DNA from: the human T2T-CHM13v2.0 reference genome, Homo sapiens
Assembly: GCF_009914755.1 (NCBI RefSeq)
Contig: NC_060931.1
DNA: 64,000 bases
Reading direction: 5' to 3' (one strand)
Shown in pieces: positions 1 through 14,190 of this stretch. Position 1 is the first letter of the stretch, and every line of letters begins with the position of its first letter. Made by a program: the position numbers and the translations under genes. The notes under the pieces are model-generated. The model saw only the letters and a list, made by a program, of their open reading frames with translations. It had not been told where the DNA came from and ran no database searches.

Positions 1-59
1 CGGTGGGAGTCTGTCCCTCACCAGTGGGGTGAATAGGAGATGATTAAAGCATTTACATA

Positions 60-1675
60 TTAAAAGCAAAATAAAACTTTAAAATAGCCAAACTATCAAA
101 CTGAAAACAAACTAAAAAAAGGAACCTGAGAGTGTAACAAATTGGTAAGGTAAAGAATTACTTCAGTTCAGTTGACTTTTCACTGTTCATTTTAGTGGAA
201 TATGTTCCAAGATTTAATGGTATTAGCACTATAATTTTGAATTAACTTATGTATTTGTAGGATAGAGAAAGCTAGGAAACATATTATTAAGGTCCAAGAT
301 TTTCAGTGGGAATGAAGAGATACAAAGAAGTTTAGAAAAAATGTGATATTAAATTTTAATTAGAAATATCGATGAAAATTCATGATTTTCAAAACGACAT
401 ATACTATATATATAGTGTCTCTGTCCATTGAAAGGGTTTCAAGCAATGTCATTCTGGTAGTAATAAGCACTGATAGTCCAATTATCTTGATTTTCATATA
501 CTATTCTCCAGTTACAGGAACCAAGGCTTCTTAGAGAAATGGCTAGAGTAAGTACAAGTACAGAACATTGTATTGTTCCAGAAAGCACAGAAGTCCTCAA
601 TTGTCACACGCATGCCAACTGAGAGGAGGTATCACTGGTAATATCTGGAATAATTTAAAGATCAAAAGAATAATGACTGTAATTCATCGAACACATTAAA
701 TAAATAAAAGTCCATGGTTATACTCCAAAGGGGGGTGGGGAAACTAATTTGCTACCATTAAAGGTGACATATCATCCCCTTATTCAGAAAGTTAGTTATT
801 AAAGAGTAACTAAAATTTATCCTCCATTTTCAGGAGACATTACAGTTTGTCCTCAGTTGATGAGGTGGAAGTTTTAAAACAATTTTTTTTTCTAACAGAG
901 AAGAATGCTAGATAATGAGTGTAGGAGGAATGAGAGAATTAGAAAATTACCCATATTGCAATCTCCAGTAAGCTAATTTATTGAGGCAAGGATTAACGAT
1001 AAATACTAAAACCAGTAAGTAAAACGTTGGTAGGAAACAGGACATTTGCTCTGTGCCAGGTGACCTGGCAATGGCAAAGGGAAAACATAATTTCTATAGT
1101 GGAAAGATCTGACTGTTATCCCCTTCACCTAGTGATCAAATTAGCATCTCTAATATTGAAGCAATGAGACACGTGCCTGCTAATATGATGCAATGTGAGC
1201 TATGTAGCATCATCTATGTAGTATCGTTACCCAAAGTATTTAACCTAAATCAGTTGTCTAGCATTTTAAAATTGCTATGTCATTTAAAAAAAAGTGCTAG
1301 GTCAGAAAAAAAATCAATGCATGACTTTATCTTACTTGGAAGAAACTAGTAGAGATGATATTTTTGGGACAATAGACAAAATTTAATTATGCATCAGGTA
1401 TTTGATAGAAAATTATTAAATTTAGGTGCAGTAACGGTATTATGGCAAAAGGGAATTTTCTTATTTTTAGAAGATACAGGCTCAATTATTTATGATAAAA
1501 GGATCATGATATTTGCAAATTATTTTGAGATGGTTCAGCAAATGTTAGATGACAGAGCAAATATAGCAAAATGGTAATAATTTTAAAAATGTGGGTGGTG
1601 GGTATGTAACATTGATTCACTATTCTTTCAACTTTTCTGTGTAAATGAAGATTTTTATAATAAAAATTAGAAAAG
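60..1675 (+). mobile_element. Ancient L1M (L1MC/L1ME-like) 3' region, heavily decayed
   Basis: AT-rich. Ends in the typical old-L1 terminus GGGTGGTGGGTATG...TATTCTTTCAACTTTTCTGTG...ATAATAAAAAATT near 1590-1675. Left boundary approximate. Confidence 0.6.
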
Positions 1676-2091
1676 ATATTTGAGATATTTGTCATTTTAC
1701 ATCATCTACTTTAATTTAAACACAACAGAGTCCCTTTAACTTCCGAGTAAGACTTGGTGTAGTTTGCAGCTGACCTGTGTTCCCACTGAGAAAAACTAAA
1801 TGAACTGGGTAAAATTCAAAAATCCTCTGTTTAAAGATTGCTGATGCAATAGGGATGAGAGGGCACAGGACTCCAGAACAAGGATAACGGTGGCAAAGTG
1901 TGCTGACTCTGCAGGCTTTTGTCCTTGGGGGTATGTGCCAAATCTGGGCTCAGGACAAGAAGCTGAGCACCTAGACTTTGAGCACAGGGCCACTGATGGG
2001 GACAGAGATCCAGAGAGAATTTGGGTGGTCTCATGGGGCTGACAGACAAAACTAAAGCCGGGGAGCCTGATGTCCAAGTAGGAAGGGAAGG

Positions 2092-2455
2092 TGTATTAGT
2101 TCATTCTTACACTGCTAATAAAGAGATACCCAAGACTGGGAAATTTATAATGGAAAGAGGTTTAATTGACTCACAGTTCCACATGGCTGAGGAGGCCTCA
2201 CAGTCATGGCAGATGGTGAAAGAAGAGCAAAGTCATGTCTCACATGGCAGCAGGCAAGAGAGTATGTGCAGGGGAACTCTCCTTGATAAAACCATCACAT
2301 CTCATGAGACTTGTGCACTATCTTAAGAACAGCATGGGAAAATCCCACCCTCATGATTCAATTACCTCCCACTGAGTTCCTCCCATGACACACGGGGATT
2401 ATGAGAGCTACAGTTTAAGATGAGATTTGGGTGGGGACACAGCCAAACCACATCA
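2092..2455 (-). mobile_element. THE1 (THE1C/D-like) MaLR solo LTR
   Basis: Termini TGTATTAGT...CAAACCACATCA, 364 bp. Exact 5-bp TSD GAAGG at 2087-2091 and 2456-2460. Confidence 0.92.
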
Positions 2456-3305
2456 GAAGGGTAGAGAAATGGGCCTAACACATGGACTGTTTTCTCCCCA
2501 AGACATTCACAGAATTCTGAAGCTGGGACACTAGGCTAAACATCTAAGAAGAAAACCTCTGAAAAGTTGGGCAGGGTTTTCTGCAGTCTCACAGTAATGC
2601 AGATGAACATTAGAGTTCAAGACTTCCAGAGGAAGGTGCTCCAGTGAAACACACCAGTCTCACAGTCAAAAGACCTTGAAAACTATACTTCAGGAACAGA
2701 ATAGAATCAGAGGTAGGCACAGCCTTTCAAGAACGGCAACAAGCTCAACTCTTTCTAGTCACTGATTGGTTTAATGGGATCAGTTATCCCTGTATCTCCT
2801 GAGCAGAAGACAGGATAAATCTTCTCTGAGGGAAGTTTTTATCTGGATCCTTTACAATGGGTGCCACAGGTCTTAAATTCCGTATTTGGATGACAATGCC
2901 CAGAAGCATAAAAATAAACATTCTTCCTTTGTGCCCCTTTTTGAAGAACAAGGAAAACTTTCCCATCCCTAAGCCTTCCAGCTGACTTCTACTCACCTCT
3001 CTTTGCCCATGTCTAGTGCAGTCATTTGACAAGGGTAATGAGATGACCATAAGTGGCTTCAACCAATTAAGGTTCACATCCCTCTCACCCCCAGTGGAGC
3101 TGGAAAAGGACCCAGGCTCTTTTAAAAGATAAGACTTCTTAGAAGAGGATTAACCCAATCATGGCTTTATTAGCAAGGAGGGAGGGAATGGCAATTGAGT
3201 AGACAATCAAAAATATTGCCAAGTAATTTATCAGCTATCAGCATATGACCTTGGGCAAGCTATTTTATCTCTCTGAGTCACACTTTTCTCATCTATAAAA
3301 TTCAG

Positions 3306-3565
3306 TGTTCTCACTCATAGGTGGGAATTGAACAATGAGAACACATGGACACAGGAAGGGGAACATCACACATTGAGGACTGTTGTGGGGTGGGGGGAGT
3401 GGGGAGGGACAGCATTAGGATATATACCTAATGCTAAATGACAAGTTAATGGGTGCAGCACACCAACATGGCACATGTATACATATGTAACAAACCTGCA
3501 CGTTGTGTACATGTACCCTAGAACTTAAAGTATAATAATAATAAAATAAAATAAAAAATAAAAAA
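3306..3565 (+). mobile_element. 5'-truncated L1PA3/4 3' end inserted in a MIR
   Basis: L1 3'UTR (GTTCTCACTCATAGGTGGGAATTG...CTAGAACTTAAAGTATAAT) plus A-rich tail. 11-bp TSD ATAAAATTCAG at 3295-3305 and 3566-3576. Confidence 0.93.
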
Positions 3566-6500
3566 ATAAAATTCAGATGATAATAATACCTCAAAAGTCT
3601 TCCATATGTATTAATAAGACATGTTTTCTAATTTAAAAAAACTTGCCAATTGTCTAGTATATTTTTAGTGCTCCAGTGATGTTGAATATTACTATTCTAT
3701 CATGGTTTTGAATCCCTTTTTAAGGCATGTTTCAGTTGTTGTGGTCTTTTACGCATGACACCCCAACTTCAACCTATTTGTCAAGCATCTACTGAACAGC
3801 CCAGACAGCAGGACTAGTATCTATTTCATTCTTGCTTTTCTATATGCTACTCTAGAAACTGACACCCTGACACCTGGGTGCATGGTCAGGAAGATGGGCC
3901 AGCAAGGTATGAGCTGAAACCCACTGGGGATTCACCATTGCCCTCTAATACCCATTCATTCTCTGATCCTCAAATTCTGCCTCTAACAATTTTCTAATTT
4001 ATGACTTTTAAACCTCTTGGGTTGAGGGATTCAGACATGAACCAGTGAATATAAGCATCCACAGGATAAATCTGGCACATGTTCCAAGAGTTCCATTTTT
4101 CCTATAAGATTTGCAGTGGGTAGGGATGTAGAGCTAAATAATAAGATTTACACATCGATCAAATTTAATAAAGTAATCTAAAATAGTATGTTATTTTAAC
4201 ATCAACATAAACAGAATATGGAGAATAAAACAAAATTGTTGTGGATTATACAAATTAGAATGTAAGACTCGAAGAAGATTTCCTTTTGCAGTGGCTGATC
4301 AAACATCTTCCACTCCCTTTAGGGTTTTTGCTATAGAAAACATTAGAAGCATCATGCTTCAGATTAAATATAGATTCTGGACTCTTTTTAAAAATGCAAA
4401 TGCTAAACTCCCTATTGTGTTTAGCAGATAATTTTTCTCTTTGATTAACAGAAGTGATGGGGAAGCATGCTGGCAATGCCTACCTGTGGGAGAGGTAGCA
4501 ATCCCCCAAAAGCTGGAATAAATGGTCTCAGATAAGGGAGGGAGGGAGCAGTAGACACAATTTTGCCTAGGGCCACAGTCTAGATTTGGTGAAATCCCAC
4601 AGTGATGAGACAACAGGAAGCAGAGGCTGAGTATGGATTTTGGTATCAAGTAATGTGGTGGTGCCCCTGGTCAATGTCAGGTAAGCCTTAGTTCTTCCTA
4701 TTGCCCAGTGGACAAAACAGAAACTCCTCTATTGTGTTTGTGGTGAGAATCAAGTTAAGGAAGATAATGTGGACAAAGTATTTAGCACAGTTCTGTTGCA
4801 TAAAGTTTATTATTTCCTGGTGCAAAGTATTTAGCACAGTTCCTGATACATATTTATAAATGTGATATAAACTATAAGCCTACATTACTGACTTGAGAGC
4901 TCAAAAAGCCTCTTTCTGTAATTATTGAAGCCAATGTCTACGAGTGGTGATTCTGTGATCACTAGTATGTTATTTCTGTCTTACAAGGGTGAAGGGGGAA
5001 CATGCCCTACTGTTATAATCCTAAGAACACCAGGGGCATATTTTATGCAAGGGATTATCCCAAGAATGGGGCAGTTTGGTCTTATCCTCAGTCACGTAGC
5101 TAATTACTATTGGTAAACCAAGTCAACAGAGGAGAGATGATCCCTTTGCTACTTAGTTGTTATAACAACATGAGCTGGATAAGAAGATAGTGGGGCTAAC
5201 AAAGATAAATCAGACATAGACCTGCTTTTTAAATAATTTAGCTTCCAGATGGGAAGGTGAGACATGAGTCTCACTAACTCCTGGGCTCTAATAAAGTGCT
5301 AAGTTCTCAAAGTTAAATGTAAATTACCATGGGAGTTAAAAAGAAACCACAAGTTGTCCCTACTTCAAAGTCAAACTATTTACAAAGGAAAGGGATCAAG
5401 ACTTAATGGAGGACTGTTTTAGTCAAATGATTACAGTTATAAGGAACAGAAACACACTTGGTTCACTTCAAGTAAGGCTGCCATTTTTGAAATTCTTAAT
5501 TTTTGAACAAAGAACCTCCCATTTTCATTTTTTACTGGGCCCTGCAAATTATGTAGCTGGTCTTCAATGGAACCCAGGGTTCAGGAAAGCAGGTTGGGAA
5601 GAGGAAGGGTCTATGAGCACAAGATAATCATCCTTGTAGTCCTGGCTCCTACCATGCACACCCACCGCTCCTACCACTGCCAACTAATTAACTCACCCTA
5701 CACTGAACATATCTTGTGTGTGTTGCTTAATTATGGCTTTTGCTTGCTGAAAACTTCTCAAAGACCTATGGCCTCATGGCCTCTTTTCCTGCCTTCTACA
5801 AACTTGCAGTTCCTCCTTTAGCTCACATTAAAGCTGCCCAAGAGGGAATATGATTGGTCCAGTGTAGTCAGATCCCTAGTGGGCAAAGCTGTCTTCTGCT
5901 CACCTCAGAATCTGCTGGTCCATGCTCCAGGGCCAGCCCAGTTAGCAGTGGCAGAGGAAGAAGGGGGGCACAGATTACAAGGCTGGGGAGTTACAACATG
6001 TGACCATTTGCACTACTTCCCTCAGAAGTAGAGTTATAGGTGGGAATCTCTGTAGAAAGGACTGTAGATGTGGCCAGAGTCCTAAGACCTGGCATATCTG
6101 GAAAAGGGAGATCACATTTTGGATTGCCTTGAAAGATCAGTAAGCTATAGACACATGCAGATGGGCAGTAAGGTATTTCAAGGGGGCTGAGACATAGAGA
6201 CAGGGAAGTACCAGCCTAGGAAACAGGGTGGCTGCAACCAAGGGTATGTGAATGGAGAACTTAACACACAGCTAAGGGATCTTAATTTTATTTGGTTTGC
6301 AATGATAGAATGAATAGAAACCAATAGCGAGAGTTATCTTAATTTTTACTTCTTTGCCCCTAGGAAAGTCACTACAAAGCACTCTGACAAATCCCCATGG
6401 CGTAAGCTCATTGGGTTGAGGGCTCATCTATCTCTGCTTCTCCCTGGCTTTCCCATCTGTGTGAAGAACACAGGCTGCCCGCCAGCCAGGGAACAGATAC

Positions 6501-6779
6501 TCAATCTGGCTGGAAGCTCCTCTGCCTTCTTCCAGAAACTGAAATTGGACACAGCTACAAACACGAGGCACCTTCTAAGCACAGGTCCCCAAGGGTCTCA
6601 GTGCCTCTTCGGGGATGTCTTATCTGACAACAAACTGCAAGGGTCCAGCTAAATGGTGTTGGTGTTACAGCATTCTAGGGTTTCTCCAAGTTACTTGGCT
6701 TTATTTCCACCCAACCACCTGCAAAAATGCTTTTCTGTAGCAGGAAAAAGTCTCCTGAAATTCAACCTGTTTTTGTTTC

Positions 6780-7480
6780 CTCAAACATTTCTGTGCATGA
6801 GGTAGTGCAGTGAGGGAATTAAATACTGCAGTTCAATTTCATTTGCAGCTGCTGGGCTGGGACCTGGGGATACACAGTGAATAAGACCTGCCTCTATTTT
6901 TGTGGCTCTCACAGCCTCAGTGAGGATAAAGGACAATGCTAATGACAATGACTAACACGTGGCGTAACAAACTAGGCACTTGGCCCTGGTCTCCTGCTGG
7001 CAATAACTCATTTCATCCTCACAACACCCCTATAAGGTCAATACTACGTTTATTCCCATTTCACAGATGAGGACCACAAATGTACTATGCAATAATGAGA
7101 AAAGCTACACCAGAGATATGGATGAAGTGCTCTGAGAGCAAAGAGAGACTTGACAAATTTTGCGATTAAGTTTATGGTTTCACAAGGAAGTAACAACTGA
7201 GCTGACGCTTGAAATATCTAAAGGGTTTGTTTCTTCAAGCTAGAAAGGACAAGAGATGATTCCAGGCATAGGGAAGAGCATAAGCAAAGGTGCAGAGGCA
7301 CGGAGTATGTTCATCCTGGACTAGGCACATCTATTCTGGCTGAACCCAGAGTGCATAGCGCCTAGTCTATGGAGAGGGGCTGGCGTTGATGGCGGAGATT
7401 GGGAATATGACTCGAGCTCATGCATAGAAATTGGGACTATTCTATAGAGTACCAAGAAGTATCAGGTGCTTGGGGGATGA
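6780..7480 (-). mobile_element. L2 3' fragment with embedded MIR (~6945-7080)
   Basis: CTGGGGATACACAGTGAATAAGAC (L2) and CCCATTTCACAGATGAGG (MIR core). Boundaries approximate. Confidence 0.6.
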
Positions 7481-9834
7481 ATAGCTCGAGCAGTTGTTTT
7501 TACAAGAAAGCTTTGGCAGAAGAAGGGAGAATAGAAGGGAAGTAGGGTTGGAGGAAATAAAGGACAATGGAAGAGCCAGGTAATGGTTTTCGTAACAGAT
7601 TTGAACGGTTCAAACCGAAGCAGCGACAGGGGAGGAAATACATTCAACATACCCTCCAAGGGTAATGCCGACGGCTGGTATTGAGCCCTTGTAGGAAAAG
7701 GAAGACAGAATGCAAGGTGGTCAGAACTGAGTTGATGAAACAGGGGTGGGTAAATGTGAGGACACCTGAAGGAAAAAAGAGTAATTAAACGTTAGTGTGT
7801 TACCTGTTGACCACAAGATTAAAAGAAGCCCGATCAAAATGCCTTGCTTTGGCAGAGCGGACAGGAGATTGGGGAGCAGTGAAAGGACTCTGGAGGATGA
7901 GGACAAGGAGGGTGAGGAGATAAGAGAAGATGAAAGTGTGGGGTCAGAACAGGATAAATGTGAGCTGACACGAAGTGCAGGTGAAGGCCGGGAAAGCGGC
8001 CCTCCCTCAGCCCATGGAACTCCTCGCTCCAGCCACAGGGACCATGGCTGTTTCCAGGGGGAACCAGGAACAGGAAAGGAAAAGGAATGGGTGGACACAA
8101 TCATAGTCCTTGGATGCTTAGGTTGGTGGGTAGTATCTCTCCGCTCGGAAAAAAATGAGACAGCATCTCCTTTCATCTCACTTCTCCAACCTTAGTCTAA
8201 GGCTCTCCTCATCAGCACAAAATGATGATGAGGGAAGGAGAGTGAGGAAAGGACCTTCATTTTTATTGCTATTGCAAGTGGCTGAGAGGGTTCACTCTTA
8301 AATCACAAAGTGAAAAAAAAGTTTTGAGTGGCAATTATGTAAAAACATTACAAGGCTTCCTACCTTCTTAAACAGTAAATGCATGCATACCTTAACTAAT
8401 AAAAGTTTATATAAATGTATATTTGAAGTACTAATAATTATTCTGACAAATGGGATGTTTTCAGTAAATTGGCTGATATTATTAACAGCATTTTAAATTT
8501 TCTTGATCACTTAGGATTATGACTACAAAGATAAATGTGTCTACACTACAATGATGCCTTATGCTAAGGTATAGAAAGTTTCTGGCTCAGAGAAGTCCCT
8601 CCGTAAACAGGAGGCTACAATGGCTTGAGATGGTCACGCCATTGGAGGTCTTGAGTCTTCTTCAATAACACACGTTCTGCCTTCTCTATAGGATTAGCTT
8701 TCCTTGTTGCCTGTGCTCAGCACAGCATGAAGAGAGGAAGCATGGTCTAGCTGGGTACCAAGGATGTTGCAAGAGATCCGGGGCCACAGAGTAGGAGCCG
8801 GAGAAAACCCAGAGAAGCTGCTGACAACCATGCCAGTCCCCTGCCCACTCTGCCTCTTGCCTAGGTCTGACAAAACTGGAGAAATTAAATTCTTTTTCAG
8901 CTTTCATTTTCTTCATCCCCACAACAGACACCAGTGTGGTAAGCACAAAGTCAGCAGGTCTGACTTACAAGAGGCTGAACACCCTGTTTTACAAATGTTT
9001 GTGAAACCAAAATAACTCATCTTTAGTGGCCAAATTTTAACAATTATAAACAGCTTTCTACTTTTAGAGTCACTGGCAAAATTTTTGTTTTTCAGGTTCC
9101 ACTATTGAGAAACATTTTTCCAAAAATACAAACAATATATGTGTGTTATAGGAAATACAAATACGCACAAAGAAGAAATTAATTCACCCATAATCTCATT
9201 CCCCAATGAAAACCACTAATATAACATGTTATGGTCTTTACATATAGACATTCATTTTTTCTTATTTTTTGGAATCATATACTTTATACTACTTGCAATT
9301 ATTTTTTTCTGACCTGTATTTTGTGTCTACATTAATAAGACAATGAATATAATTTTACATCCTTTTTATTACATAATATTTTCCTATTGAATATTAAAAG
9401 TGACTATTTTATTCTAATCTGATCATATTCATTTACACTTTTCCACCTTAAATTTCATTTTCTGTATCCTCACCCTCTTGAGTCCTTCATACCAATCTGT
9501 GCTTTTACTTGCCCAGGTCAATAGGACCTGTGTGTTTCATCCATGGGCCAGTACTTCCCTCTTTTTAGGAAAGTCCAGGCTCGCATTGATGCAGCCTGTG
9601 ATCTTCCTCTTCCCACACCTCCAGCCACCTGCCCACTTCCCCAGACTGTCTCAGCTTCTGCTCACAGAACATGTTCATGTTCAGCCACCTAGCTCTTTTG
9701 AGAAGGATAGCTTGTTAACAAGACCATAATGCTCCTGTTCACATAAGGCATGACACAGAGGAAAATCTTTCTTTTTTAGGCCATGCCTGCAAGTCTGATC
9801 TTTCCCAGTCATCTTTCTTGGTGGATCACAGTGT

Positions 9835-9894
9835 GTGTTCAACAAATGTTTGTTGAATGGATGAATGAATGAATGAATGAGTGAATGAATGAAT
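9835..9894 (+). repeat. L2 3' terminus with (TGAA)n tail
   Basis: CAACAAATGTTTGTTGAATGGATGAATGAATGAATG... Confidence 0.75.
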
Positions 9895-11086
9895 TAGAGC
9901 TTTACATCTTGGAAGAAAAAAACATGATCTACTGTCAATTCCACATTATGATGGCTTTTCTCTATTTAAACCACTGATAAAGAAAGAGTGGTTGGCACAC
10001 TCTTCTGCGTAAGAAGTATAAAGCAACTGATCATCAATATCATCTAATTATAGAGCTAAAAGGAGTATTAGAGTAATTACGCATAATAAATTATCCCTAT
10101 TCTTATGAGATGTCAGATCTAAAGTCACTTTCTAGGTATTATTTTAACAATCATACCCCGGCCCAACACACACACATATCCTCTATCTCTACTTCTAAGC
10201 TCTTAAACCAGCTTCTATCATAACCTCAGCAAAGAGCTCCCATGATAGAGACTTACCTATTTTGGAATAACTTTGGATGTGGTTACAACCTTAATGAGAG
10301 TCATAATTTATAGGAATAGTAAGTCATCTAAATGTTAGAACAATTGACTGTAGAAAAAAAAGGTAGGTACTTTTAATCCATTTTACCTTACCTGGAAATC
10401 ATTTATAATGTAGAATTTTACATCCACATGAGTCTTACTGTTATTTCCCATAGGTCAATAACTGGACTAACATTTCTAAATCTAGACATCTGTTGGCCTT
10501 GATGAACTGATAGAGACAAAATATTGGCTATTCAGAGAAGGTTGAAAAAAATGGAATATAGGATAAATCGTGCTGTCATCCTGGAATGGTGCCAGTTATT
10601 TGGAGTAGAATTTAAAATTATAAATCTTCACTCACAATTCCTCAACTCACAGCCTCCCCCAACAATTATTGGACAATATGATTTCTAAGAAAATTGTAGA
10701 CTCTAAAATTTAATGATTATATATTTAAATTTTTATGTAAGATGACCTTAGATAATACAAAATAATATGTATATCAAGGAAATGAGGGGGAGATATTGAG
10801 GAGGGAGTCACCAAGAAGAGCTGCTTTCAGGAATGGGTGGAGAGTAAGAGAGGGATAAAGTGAGTTGAAGAAGTATAGAAACTATATATACCTTAATATT
10901 TTAAAATAAAAAACAAAAAAGGAGAAGCCTAAAACTTTTAAAAGTTACTTTTGTTGGAGAGGCTATGCTTTTTTACCCCAACACAGCTCTAGTACTAAAA
11001 AATATAGTTCAAGACTTCCTACGCATTTCATTTATAGAAGTGTTTGGAAGGTTTTTGATAAGATAAACAGTTTAATGGAAAGTCTC

Positions 11087-11430
11087 AGACTCTGGAGAGC
11101 TGAGATATAAAATAATAATAATAAATGATACTAATATTAGCTACTATTGTTTTCTGAGCACTTGCTAAGTACCAGGCATTATGCTAAGACATATATAACC
11201 TCAATTAGTCTTTACAACAATCATAGGTAGAAGTTATTATCATCCTCTTTTATAGATGAGACTCTAGAGACCTAAGACATAAAAATAAGAATAAAAATGG
11301 ATACTAATATTAGCTACTGTTTACTGAGCATTTACTAAGTACCAGACACTATGTTAAGACATATATAACCTCAATGAGTCTTTACAACAATCCTACATAG
11401 AGGTTATTATTCTCTTTGATACATGAGGAG
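11087..11430. repeat. Tandem duplication, ~172-bp period, of a MIR-containing unit
   Basis: Units start at 11087 (AGACTCTGGAGAGCTGAGATATAAAA) and 11259 (AGACTCTAGAGACCTAAGACATAAAA). Both contain ATACTAATATTAGCTACT, AAGACATATATAACCTCAAT and AGTCTTTACAACAATC. Confidence 0.9.
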
Positions 11431-11829
11431 TCTGAGGCTTTGAGAGGTTTAGGAAACTGTCCAAAGTCTCACAGCTGGTAAATGCTGATGCATGGTTTGC
11501 TTTATTGCCATGCAGTGTATGCTTTTTTTCTAGTCATGAATTGTAATATAAATGTATCTTTTTCGAAAAACCCATGACTTTCTCCATCACAGACTGCTTG
11601 GGTTTGAGTCTTTGCTCAGGCACTTCCTGGCTTTCACCTGGAACAAGCAATTCAAACTCTCCTTATCTGTAACATGAAGAGATATTAATATCTACTTCCT
11701 CAGATTGTTGGGGTGATTAAATTACCTAAGGTATTTAAAGTACCTTACCTTGACCCTAGCATGACAAGGGTTAGTCCTTACCTGTGTTGATGACACTAGT
11801 TTCCTGTGTGGGCAGGAAATCTTTACTTT

Positions 11830-12383
11830 TGATTTTTATTTATTGTTTTAAAAATTTTAATTAACAAAGACTGTATATATTAAAGGTATACATAATGATT
11901 TATGTACACATTGTGTAATGATTGTTACAGTCAAATTAATGAACACATCCATCACTACCCATGCTGTACATTAGATTCCCAGAATTTGTACATGGTATAA
12001 CTGAAAGTTTATACTCTTTGATCAACAAATCCCCATTTTCCCCATCCCTCAGCCCCTGACAACTACCCTTCTACTCTGTTTCTATGAACTTGACGTTTTT
12101 TAGATTCCACATACAAGTGAAATCATGTAGTATGTGTCATTCTGTCCCTGACTTATTTCACATAACATGAGTCCACCAGGTTCATCCACATTGTCACAAA
12201 TGACAGTATTTCCTTCTTTTTAAAGGCGAATAGTATTCTATCATATATACATATGCCAAAATTTCTTTATACATTTATCCACTAATGTACATTTAGATTG
12301 TTTCCATATCTTGGCTGTTGTGAAAAATGTTGCAATAAACAAGGGGGTAGAGCTATCTCTTCAAGATACTGATTTCATTTTCC
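11830..12383 (-). mobile_element. L1MA-type 3' fragment
   Basis: TTAGATTCCACATACAAGTGAAATCATG and TTCCATATCTTGGCTGTTGTGAA are reverse-strand L1 3' motifs. Confidence 0.85.
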
Positions 12384-13949
12384 TGCATCTTTCTGAGCAC
12401 CATTTTTTCCTAATAGATAAGATGGAGAAGTTGGACTATGTGATCTTACAAGGTCTTTTCAGCTTCTATGATCATTGTTCTCTGATTAAGTAACTGTAGT
12501 TGGGAATAACTCCTGGCAACATCTGGAATGAGGGATGAAGGAGAGCCAGCAAAGCCTCCCTGTCAGCTGACTCCCGCTTCGGGAGAGTGCATGAGAATTG
12601 GGCAATTGGACTCAAATTCATGGAGATTTCCCTTAGCTCCCAGGGAAAACTCTGATAAAGAAGACCTAATTATTTCTATTTAGTTTCATCTTCACACCGG
12701 TTTGGGAGCTGTTCTTTCCTTCTTAGAATGATAAAATCCAAAGGACTTCTTGCTTAATTTAGTATCTCTTTGTTTTTAACTCTTGAATTTCAAAAAAGCA
12801 GCTACTAATAATTCTGCATTTATTATAGCCAACTCTGCAAGAATTTATATCATGTAAGTAGACTGATTTGTTATGTTTGAATGTTTGTTCTGAATATGTG
12901 GCGGTATACTGTTTCCATGGTTTGCTTTATTGCCACGTAGTTCATGCTTTTTTTTTTCCAGCTATGAACAATACATTTGGCAATGCTGGTATTCTGTCAC
13001 TATGACAATTTAATGTTGAACAAAATACATGGGAAGAAAAGGGAACCCATCCAATGTGGTGAGAGTTGACCCACCAGCTTCACAGCCCAAAACATATTAT
13101 AGCAAGTTGTGCTGACATATTTTGACAATTCAGAACAATTATTCATCCAGTAGCCATCACGTTTTTTGAAGAAGGCTTTTATAACACTACCCTTAATCAA
13201 CAATATCAGAATTTATAAACTCCCCTAGAGCCCTGGAATAGTTTGAAAGGGAGCTGGAGGGAAAAGTTGAAACACACACTGAACTAAAGATCATAGGTGG
13301 GATGGCTGACATTAAGGATACACTTTGATTCCCCGATTCTTCATTAAAACCTAAACAACAAAATCCTTCCAAATATCAGAGTTAACAAAATTTAGTTTTC
13401 TTCAATATGAATGTCACTTGCCAGAATGCATGTTTGACTGTCCCCAAGTGGCTGTTTACCTGAGGTTTTCTGTCTCCCATCCTTTGATAGTAATTTTCTT
13501 TGGAGATTAAGATGCGAGTATTTCCCTGATGTTCTTACAGTAATTACACTACCAAGAGTTTGGGGCGATTCAAGATAAAACAGAGGCTGACAGTTTGTAG
13601 GGCTGTCTTCCACGCCCATCCTCACACCTCACACTCTTCTGGTCACCATGCTTCCCTATCCCAAGCCCAGTGTCCCGACTCTGGCCTACCCACTTGCCAA
13701 TGACATACTTGGATCCAAAACCATCCCTCCTCCCACTCACTGAAACATGACTCTGATTTTCCAAGAATTGGAGGCTTATAAGGGTCTCCTTGGATATTGC
13801 TTCCAGCTCCACTGATTTATGCATCTGTTTAATAGACCTATTTTGAGTGTTCATTTTATGAGGCCTCATCCATATGCTTAAATACTCTCTGCAACTTACA
13901 TATCAATCACTCAGTTACCATTTATCCCTTATCAAGTGCTCATCCAACT

Positions 13950-14190
13950 TGAACACCTCCAAGGCTGAGGAGATCTGAAAGGGGGTGTAGGGGCAGGGGC
14001 TCCTTCAGGCAGCCCGTTACAACTTCAGAAGGCTTTGTGAGGAAGTATTTATTTATACTGAGGCAAAATGTATCTTCCTGAAGTTTCTGCCCATTAGTCC
14101 CATTTCTTCCTTTTTCACAGGGTACTCCTTCAAAGATTTGGCAATGGCTATCGGGTCTCCTTCATCGTCTCTCTACCAAGGGACTCATCC
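13950..14190 (-). mobile_element. Possible L3/CR1 fragment
   Basis: GAGGAAGTATTT...TCTTCCTGAAGTTTCTGCCCATTAGTCC resembles the L3 3' region. Confidence 0.35.

Noticed and set aside
1186-1850. Two C/EBP-ATF motifs TGATGCAAT
   Set aside because: Isolated 9-mers in or near decayed L1 sequence with no other support.
7721-8195. Overlapping 132- and 151-aa ORFs
   Set aside because: Purine-rich, probably decayed L2-like sequence, with no recognisable domain or exon structure.
9667-9676. p53 half-site GAACATGTTC
   Set aside because: No properly spaced second half-site.
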